Sequence record: SRR31156797_1306
DNA length: 42,160 nucleotides
Reading direction: 5' to 3' (one strand)
A model generated the notes under the pieces. It ran no database searches. It was not told the DNA's origin and was given only the letters and a program-made list of their open reading frames with translations. Below, piece after piece: positions 1-8,500 of this stretch (within the stretch, counting starts at the first letter, position 1; every line of letters begins with the position of its first letter). The position numbers and the translations under genes are program-made.

Positions 1-660
1 TCCATCTCCATCTACAGTTAATGTATGATCCGTACCATCATTATACTTATAAGTAGCATTTACAGTAGCAGTTTTATCGGCAGAAACAACCGGCTTAAAC
101 TTCCAACTATTAACTGTACCTGTCATGGTAATGTTGAAATCTCTTGGAGTAGAACCCAACTGAGCGGCATCTGGAGTATTACCTGTAAATAAAGTACCTG
201 AAGCTGTATTACAACCATCAGCTGTAACAGCAGCAATCTGAATATCGAATGCATTAGGAATTACATCAATTTGAATTCTTCGCTTACTAATACAACGATT
301 TGCAGAGTATTCTTCAACAAATAAATAGTATGTTTTTCCACTCGCTGCTGCATTCCAAGTTATATTAATCCTGAACAAATTAGCAACATCAGTACTTTTA
401 TCCCAAGCATTATCTGCATTATCAACCTTTGTTACAGCATAATCACCATCGGTAGCCGCTATATCTCCAGCTTCATTTGTTGCTAAATACCATTTATAAG
501 TATTACCCACATGTACTGCTTCTTGAGTAGCTCCATTATCTGCAGAGTTCACAAAATAAATATGAGTACCTCCAACGTATGGATTTGTTCCTGATTGGGC
601 AAACACATTAATTCCTACAACCAGAAATAAAACAGTTATTATCCCTTTTAATAATTTCAT
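1..660 (-). CDS. Secreted Ig-like protein, paralog of the two ~270 aa neighbours (5' part only; runs off the window)
   Basis: Not in the ORF track. Hand translation from ATG at 660 gives MKLLKGIITVLFLVVGINVFA|QSGTNPYVGGTHIYFV...W...INITW...YYLFVEEYSANRCISKRRIQIDVIPNAFDIQI...GCN, open to position 1, with the same motif order as 683..1498 and 1527..2336. Confidence 0.9.
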   Translation of the reverse strand, partial: MKLLKGIITVLFLVVGINVFAQSGTNPYVGGTHIYFVNSADNGATQEAVHVGNTYKWYLATNEAGDIAATDGDYAVTKVDNADNAWDKSTDVANLFRINITWNAAASGKTYYLFVEEYSANRCISKRRIQIDVIPNAFDIQIAAVTADGCNTASGTLFTGNTPDAAQLGSTPRDFNITMTGTVNSWKFKPVVSADKTATVNATYKYNDGTDHTLTVDGDG

Positions 661-682
661 AATATTTAATTTTTACTAGTTA

Positions 683-1498
683 CTAATTAAAACGAATATT
701 CGATGTATTCGGAAGTGCATCAATTGTAAGCATTTGCTCTTTATTTCCAGTTCCATTATCTGGAGTAACAATTGAACCTATTTTGGCTTTACCATCTGAA
801 ATTTCTAATGTTACACTTTGAGCTATTGCAACAGGTCCCGATAATTCAACTTCAATCGTCACACTTTTTTTATTTCCTGGAATCGAAATCCCATTGTAAT
901 CGGTAACTCCACTAACTCCATTCACTGTTACATTATCAATTGAATAATCTACACTTGTTTTTGCTAGAGTAAAATCAAACTCCCAAGTATCAACTGGTAA
1001 AGCATATGTTACATCATCGAGGGTAACAGTAAATTGAACTGTTGTTGTTGCAGAAGCACCTTGAGCTAAAATATGGTTATCTTCATCATGACATTCATTA
1101 GCATTATCACCTGCTATTAAGAAGAAAGTATTACCCTTAACTGTAATATCCGCCGATCTTACAGAGATACAACCGCCAGCTGGTTTTGATTCCTTAAATT
1201 GAATCGTAAAATTAGGATTACCATCAGGACTAATAGAAGCCCAATCTTTATTCCAGGTAATAACCAGCTTTGCTTCATTTCCAACTTTTGTTTCAGCCAT
1301 AAAGACAGTAGGTTGAGAAGTTAAAGCAACCCCTGATGCATCAGCAACTATCCAAGATGCTGTATTATTTGTCCCATCTTCCATGGTAACCAAATATGTT
1401 TGCTGAGAGTTTTGATATGGATTTTGTGCATCCTGAGCAAATAGATTACTCGTCAAACCAATCAAAGTGGCAATAAGTACAATCTTAAATATTTTCAT
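683..1498 (-). CDS. Secreted beta-rich two-domain Ig-like protein, 271 aa, unknown function
   Basis: Signal peptide ending LFA|Q; Thr/Val-rich beta strands; two Cys; ends ALPNTSNIRFN. Confidence 0.85.
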   Translation of the reverse strand: MKIFKIVLIATLIGLTSNLFAQDAQNPYQNSQQTYLVTMEDGTNNTASWIVADASGVALTSQPTVFMAETKVGNEAKLVITWNKDWASISPDGNPNFTIQFKESKPAGGCISVRSADITVKGNTFFLIAGDNANECHDEDNHILAQGASATTTVQFTVTLDDVTYALPVDTWEFDFTLAKTSVDYSIDNVTVNGVSGVTDYNGISIPGNKKSVTIEVELSGPVAIAQSVTLEISDGKAKIGSIVTPDNGTGNKEQMLTIDALPNTSNIRFN

Positions 1499-1526
1499 GA
1501 TATATAGTTTTGTCGTTTTCAGTCAA

Positions 1527-2336
1527 TTAAAAAGTAATACCAGACGCAGCAGGTAGAGCTTTAACTATAGTAGAAGCAGTGTTCGTATTAGTGTCAGGAG
1601 TACCTTCAGCAGTTTTAGTTACACCATTTACGGCAAAAGCTTCTGATAATACAAGCTCTACTGTAACCTGTTCGTTCGCATTACCTGTAACATCAACTTC
1701 AATAGTACGTGTATCACCAACAGAAACACCCAAATCTGCATATTTTCCACCTGATTCAGTAAGAGTACTAGCTCCGATTCGCACTGCAGAAACTGAAGGA
1801 GAACCAGCTCCGGTAAGGTTTACTGCGAATTTATACTCCCATGTATCTATTGTCCATGCAGCATCCTTAGTCATACTAACGTCAAATGTCACAGTTGTAG
1901 TTGCATTATCATTCAAATTAGAAACCAAGTCATGCAATGCATTACATTGAGTTGAATTTCCTTCTGCAATTGTTACATCGAAAGAATTATTGGTCTTATA
2001 AACAACATCCAAAGTTCTTACAGTTGTACAAGAATTAGCTTCTTCAGTATATTGAATTGTATAAGTATGCTCAGCTACTAACCCCAAACCCCAAGTAATT
2101 TTTGCTTCACTATTAACACCAACTTTATTAACTGTTATTGTATAATGAGTACCAGCAGTCAAAGCAGTTGTTCCATCATAAACAGACCAAGTTATTGTAT
2201 TATCAATATCTTCTGCCTGTACTCTATAAGTATAAGTTGCACCAGCCAATGGTTTATCAGCTGTTTGCGCCAATGCCACATTAGTAAAAAGAACTAATGA
2301 AAAAAGTCCAATTAATGATTTAAGCAATGTTTTCAT
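1527..2336 (-). CDS. Secreted beta-rich two-domain Ig-like protein, 269 aa, unknown function
   Basis: Signal peptide ending ALA|Q; aligns by eye with the 271 aa protein (ITW, E..C..R, TTTVxFxV, DTWEx); ends ALPAASGITF. Confidence 0.85.
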   Translation of the reverse strand: MKTLLKSLIGLFSLVLFTNVALAQTADKPLAGATYTYRVQAEDIDNTITWSVYDGTTALTAGTHYTITVNKVGVNSEAKITWGLGLVAEHTYTIQYTEEANSCTTVRTLDVVYKTNNSFDVTIAEGNSTQCNALHDLVSNLNDNATTTVTFDVSMTKDAAWTIDTWEYKFAVNLTGAGSPSVSAVRIGASTLTESGGKYADLGVSVGDTRTIEVDVTGNANEQVTVELVLSEAFAVNGVTKTAEGTPDTNTNTASTIVKALPAASGITF

Positions 2337-2362
2337 AGTTTGTATATTTATTTTGTTATTTC

Positions 2363-4768
2363 TTAGAATGTTATTTCAGATGGATTAGGATTTGGTTTTA
2401 CACTAATAGATACTCCTGTATCCATGTCCAAGGTACACCCACCACGTTCCGCTCTAATTGTTATATTATATGTTTTTTCTGTATTTAATACTGTATTGTT
2501 AATGGTTAGAATCAAATCCGTTCCACTAACACTTGATACAAACGTTAATGAGCTTGTTCCTTCAAATAAGGAATAAGTAACATCTGCTTCATAATTTTCT
2601 ATCGTAATAACTCCTGAATCACCAAAGCAAATACCTGAAGTACTGATTGTTAAATTTGTAATTATTGCATCAGGCTCACTTACTGTAATATCTTTTTGTG
2701 CTACACAATTATTTCCATCCTTCACATACAAAGTATGAGTACCTGCTGGTAAATTAAATGTATTCAATGCCTGATAATTGATTCCATCATCACTATAGGT
2801 ATAAGAACCATCACCTCCACCAGCTGTAATAGTAACTTGTGCATTACTACCATTACAAATAATTGATTTGGTTTCGATTACATCAATTGTTACAACTGTC
2901 AATATTGTTACATCAAAACTACATGTTGCCGTATTACTTGCTCCATCAGTAGCCGTATATATTACTGTTGTAGTACCAACTGGAAATACATCTCCAGAAT
3001 TATGCGTACTTGCAAGAGTTGCAGAACAATTATCATTTGCTGTTGGAGCTGTCCAGGTTACTGTATTGGCACATGCACCAACTGTTATATCCGTTGGACA
3101 ATTAGTAAGGATAGGATCTTGATCATCGGTTACAATTACATCAAAACTAGAAGTAGTTTCATTAGTCCCATCAGTAGCTGTATAAGTCACAGTTGTTGAT
3201 CCTATTGGAAAATCATCGCCACTATTGTAATTCGAACTCAAGCTTACAGTTCCGCAATTATCAACAGCAGCAGGAGCATCCCAACTTACATGTGCTCCAC
3301 ATCTTCCATTTTCAGCAATAATCGGAATGTCATTTCGATCGTTAGCTGTACATCCTATCACTTCCACCTCTGCTAAAGAAAGATGATTACGAGCTGAAAG
3401 TTGAATCTTAACATATCTTGCAGAATTACCCGAGGTCAATATTCTTTTTAAATTTCCAGGATTACCTTCTACATAGTAACTTTCCACATTAGGATCAATC
3501 AATGCATCTGCAAGCGTTACACTTTGAAGATCATTATTAGATAGCATCACATAAAAATTCACCAATCTATCGGTACAACAATCTGTTCTACGAAATACAT
3601 TCACATAATTCACCGCTTCCTCTGCCCCTAGATCCACTTGCCACCATGCATTCACATCGTTATTAGTATGGGTAACCGAATTGTTAGCCCAAACTCCATT
3701 GGTATTTCCATCAACCGCTTTTGAGGCTGTACCATTAGGATAGGTACTAGACTGAATTGCTGTTTTTCCTATAGCGTAATTGGTAGATTCAAAACAAATT
3801 AGAGGAGCTATTCCACCATCCTGAACAGTAATTTTAAAACTCTCCTGAACAGAATTAGTTCCATCATTAGCTGTATATGTAACAATAGTTTCGCCAGTAG
3901 GAAATGCTTTACCTGAACTATGATTTGAAGTTAAAGTAGGTGTACCACAATTATCTGTTGCTGTTGGTTCAACCCAATTGACCACCTGCATACAATTAGT
4001 AACTAGAATATCAGTTGGCATATTAGTTATAACTGGATCAGTATTATCTTCTTGCCTAAGTTCTACATCGGCAGATTCGCTCCAACTCCCCTTAACAACA
4101 ATTGAATTATCTGTACTCAACACATATCTTATCTGAACTTTATATGTTGCAGGATCCAAATTATTGAAAATATGATTTAAATTATCGTTGATCCAATCAG
4201 TCTCAGAGCTTGCAGTTACATTAACCAACTTGTATTGAAGCTGTAAGACTGCAGGAACTGTTGCTGTAACTGACACACTAAGACTCCCCTTACCGGAAGC
4301 ACAAACAGCATGGGTTGGTACTGGTAAAACTAATATTGGTTTTTTATGAACATGAACTGTCAACCCAGGATTAGATACCCCAGTAGAACAAGCTGCAGGA
4401 TCAGCAGAAATTTCTTGAATTTTAAGACTATGGTTTTCTATAGTGTTGCCTCCAGATAAGCTCCACGTATAATTCAACAAAGCCCTATTGTAAGTTAGTC
4501 CTCCATGAATAACATTACCTCCACTTGCTGGTGGATCAATAGTGTTATTTGGAACAACTACATCTTTACCAGTCAAATGAACATCATCAACATACCATTC
4601 AACCGTAGATCCAGGGAAGCCAAACAAGGTATACTTAATTATTGTATCCGCACACACATGTTGATCTGTTGGGATATCATCACCAATATCCTGCCCACTC
4701 ACATGAATGAGTCCGGCAAGACAAATAAGTAGAAAGGATAGAATTATATGGCGTAAATGTCTAATCAA
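2363..4768 (-). CDS. Modular adhesin: N-terminal Ig module, HYR repeats, F-type (fucolectin/F5-8) lectin domain, SprB-like repeat
   Basis: TTG start; signal peptide VSG|Q; three HYR repeats (W..PTAxDNC...SGxxFPxGxTxVxYTAxD); lectin motifs AVDG and H-X26-RTDCCTDR; SprB-like ITAGGGDGSYTYS; ends VKPNPNPSEITF. Confidence 0.85.
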   Translation of the reverse strand: MIRHLRHIILSFLLICLAGLIHVSGQDIGDDIPTDQHVCADTIIKYTLFGFPGSTVEWYVDDVHLTGKDVVVPNNTIDPPASGGNVIHGGLTYNRALLNYTWSLSGGNTIENHSLKIQEISADPAACSTGVSNPGLTVHVHKKPILVLPVPTHAVCASGKGSLSVSVTATVPAVLQLQYKLVNVTASSETDWINDNLNHIFNNLDPATYKVQIRYVLSTDNSIVVKGSWSESADVELRQEDNTDPVITNMPTDILVTNCMQVVNWVEPTATDNCGTPTLTSNHSSGKAFPTGETIVTYTANDGTNSVQESFKITVQDGGIAPLICFESTNYAIGKTAIQSSTYPNGTASKAVDGNTNGVWANNSVTHTNNDVNAWWQVDLGAEEAVNYVNVFRRTDCCTDRLVNFYVMLSNNDLQSVTLADALIDPNVESYYVEGNPGNLKRILTSGNSARYVKIQLSARNHLSLAEVEVIGCTANDRNDIPIIAENGRCGAHVSWDAPAAVDNCGTVSLSSNYNSGDDFPIGSTTVTYTATDGTNETTSSFDVIVTDDQDPILTNCPTDITVGACANTVTWTAPTANDNCSATLASTHNSGDVFPVGTTTVIYTATDGASNTATCSFDVTILTVVTIDVIETKSIICNGSNAQVTITAGGGDGSYTYSDDGINYQALNTFNLPAGTHTLYVKDGNNCVAQKDITVSEPDAIITNLTISTSGICFGDSGVITIENYEADVTYSLFEGTSSLTFVSSVSGTDLILTINNTVLNTEKTYNITIRAERGGCTLDMDTGVSISVKPNPNPSEITF

Positions 4769-5079
4769 ATGCTCTCTTTTAGTGATTTTATAGTAGTTAC
4801 AGCGTTAAAATAAGCTATTTTTTTCCAATTTATAAACACCTATACGCGAAATGTTAAAAAGTGTTTACTTATTTATTGGTTAATTTCATAAATAAAGATC
4901 GGTCGCCCCGTTAAATCAATACGTTAATCATTCTTAAACAAGCACTCATAGTACCATAAGAGCACATTATCAATAAATATAATACACTCATCTATTAAAT
5001 AAATTTCTTCATCAATAGATTACTTCCAAAATCTAGATTGAAAATCAAAGAAATAAACTCTGTATGAACACAAAAAGGA

Positions 5080-5087
5080 CAAAGATA
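5080..5087 (-). promoter_or_regulatory. Putative Bacteroidota sigma-A -7 element for the 801 aa adhesin operon
   Basis: TATCTTTG on the minus strand matches TAnnTTTG; about 310 bp upstream of the start codon. Confidence 0.45.
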
Positions 5088-5515
5088 TTGAATGAAGATT
5101 GAAAAAAGAAGAGGAATTTATCTTAAATTGATAGAATTTCACAAAACAATTGACTATTCTTTTTTATAGAATTAAGAAAAACATTTAAAACACCTATATA
5201 TATATGGGTAAAAATATTGATTTTACATTCAAAATTCTATTCAATTTTTATTTTAAAAAATTTACAAATAAATATTATATTTTTCATTTTTGCTACGCTA
5301 CCTAAAGCATCTATTCTACCTCTCTATTTTTTTTCAATCTATTTTCTGTTTAAATTCATAAAGTAATTATGTGTTAGATACAACATCTATATACAACCGA
5401 TATTAATAAATCAAAATTTATATTAGAGTTTACTATTATCATCAATATAACGTACAATCGTCAATAAAACTCTACTATTACTTATTACACCAATTAAAAC
5501 CTAAATACGAATAAG

Positions 5516-8500
5516 CTAAGGATTTAATTGAAAAAAAATACCAACAGGTTTTGGCTGTTGCCCCACCTTAACATTAAGTTTTCCTACACACGATTTAGAA
5601 TCACTAACTGTTATTGTATATGTTTTAGGAGATAAACCAATCGCAACATTAGAATTAATTCCCCCATCATGACTCCATGAATAATCATACTCAGGTTCTG
5701 ATAATCGTGGTGTTCCACCATCTGCAACAACAGTAATTTCCCCATTAAATCCCTCAGAACAAAGAGTTGACAAGCCTAAATCTAACGTAAGATTCGGATT
5801 TGGGTAAACTTTAATTCCACTAATGCTTTGTGTAGAAAAACAAGAATTATCCGATGTTACTCTAAAAGTAAATGTCCTAGATGCTAATATGTTAGTTTCA
5901 GGTTTTGCAATAATATTCAATTGATTTGAAGAACCAACAATTTCAGAATTAGGAGTCCAGATATAAGTTGGGTTATTAGCATTACTAACACTAGCTGACA
6001 AATTAATATTTATACCACTACAAACATCCAATTTATCTGAATTCAATCCATTAATTACAGGTGTTGGTTTCACAACAACAATTACATCATCAGATGACTC
6101 GCATGCTTTTCCTACTCCATCCGAAACTGTTAATGTGTAAGTATAAGTATCAGCTAAAAGAGAAGATGAAATAGTAGGATTCTCTGAAGTAACGTCCATA
6201 TCTGTTAGACCTGCAGCTTTATCGCATGTCCAAAGGTAATCTATACCACCCGTTCCATTAAGCGTTTTGGAAGTTTCCTTCTCACACATCTCAAAATCAC
6301 TGCCCGCGTTTGCTTCTAGATCAGTAGGTTCCGGAATATTTATCGTGACATCTTTCGATTTACAAGAAAACTTATCTTTAATAGTTATTTTATGATCTCC
6401 CACAGTAAAAGTACCCTGAAATTTATTCTCAGGCTGAAATGCACCATCATCAAGTGAGTAAAAATAATTAGCAGGGTCAAGTCCATCCTTCAATTCTACA
6501 ATTATTGTTGATATAGGGGTTCCACCTCCACAAGTCACATTTGATATTGCATTTGCTTTAATCTCTCCAACATCCAAAATATCAATAGTTTTTCTAAAAT
6601 AGTCATCATCATCAGTACTACACGGACAACCTCTTAACACCTCAAACAAAATATTTTTTGCACCACTCACCTCATCACTAGCTATATAATAAATTTTAAT
6701 CTCTGATTGACCAATGGCAAATGTTATATCTTCGGGAAAATTACCAATTTTAGTTCCATCTTCAGTAACTTGATAATAATCGACACCATTTGTCGCAGAT
6801 CCACTTATTGTAACATGGAATTTATATTCCTCGTCCAAATTCTCCTTTCTTGTAAAACTAATATAACTTTTGTCACAACCACGGTACATAATCTCTTTGT
6901 CACCATCAAGTCCATCTATTTTATTTTCAACAGTAACCTCATTAGACTTAAAACTTTTAGCTTCCAAAAATACTGCTGAATCAAAATTATCATCTGCAAC
7001 ATCAGCAATTGCCAATTTAATATGATAAGTATTACACTTTTTCACATTATATGTTGCGGTTAAAATAATTGTACGTCCATCATATTCAATATCATAGGAA
7101 CCTTCTGTATTATAGACATCGCGTATTCTTCCTCCCTGATAAACAATACGCTCCCTATTTTGATTATCAACATACAAATGCGAGTTTACTGGAGAACAAG
7201 AAGTCTTATCAACCCAATTTGTTTCTCTATAGTATCTTCCTCTCCAATCACTAAAAGCTCCATTCGTATCATAAACCCTACTTACGGTGGTTCTGTCTCT
7301 TTCATAACCATGAACTGTGCTAATCATTACTGGAGTTGTACCATCATCCAAAAGAGCAATATTTTCAGCTTGTTTTCTGGATCCATCGTTAATATCTGGT
7401 CCACTTAATAAAAAGGCAAAAACATCATTAAAATTACTACAAGCATATTCCGCATACTCCTCCGATGCAAATACATATCTAAACTGAACTATATCTCCAG
7501 CTGGCATAAAATCAAATTCTAAAACAGAAGCATCATTTGTCTCAAGTCCTGCAATACTCGTTAAATGAGAATCTCCAGCTCCTCCAAATCCCGTTGAAGT
7601 TTCACTGTCATCATTTTCACCAACTGCATCAACCACATTTCCAGTAGAAAGAATAATCCCCTCGGCAAGAGGAAAATCCGATTCTCCTTTATTAAAATAC
7701 CCAATCTGTCTACTATCGCCTATAAAAGTTACATCACTAGCAGTTAAACAACCAGTTACTAATACATTTTGTACCAATTCATTTGGAGAACTACCAATAC
7801 TTGCATCTTGCGTATTTATTTCAATAGAAGCAGTTGATAGCGTGTTATCCTCTTCAACAGTCACTTCAACATTAAAATTCATTAAATTTCCATTTGCATC
7901 TCTAATTGTAAGTGTCACATTATTAACTCCGATATCAGAACTTGAAAAACTAGATTTACTCAAAGTTCTTGAAGTAACGCTACAATTATCTATAAAACCA
8001 GGATCAACATCTGCAGCATTAAGAGTAGCCACACCAGACGAGTTAAGCATCAAGGTTGTTTTAACCGTTGTATGATTCAAAATGGACGATTTAGAAAACA
8101 CCTCTCTTAATATTCCCGCATCTGAGGATTCCCATTCCAGTTCAATAACAGCCCCTCCTCCATTTTCATAATATTCCAATACAATCGTATGCTCTCCTTT
8201 AGTCAAATTTACAGTTCCGTTATTTGTTATTGGCGCATGATTAGTCCAATTATTTATGACATTCGAACCATCAATTAATAAACGCACCCCATCATCGGAG
8301 TTGGTATAAAAAGTGTAATCTCCTGCTTCAGAAATAACAAAATTTCCACTATAGCGAATTGAAAAATTATCATTGCCAATTAAACTGCTATTTGGAGATC
8401 CTCCTCCCCAATTATTATCAACCTCATCTACGGATTCAGAATATTTTAAATCATCAAAATTTCTTCCGTTGAAATATTCGGCATTCAAATTCAGTAACGA

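Noticed and set aside
1-2336. Type V pilin (FimA/Mfa1) assignment for the small paralogs
   Set aside because: No lipobox Cys; signal peptides are type I with Gln at +1.
5424-5480. TAGAGTTT/AAACTCTA inverted repeat as an invertible promoter
   Set aside because: Only 8 bp in very AT-rich DNA, no promoter between the arms and no recombinase nearby.
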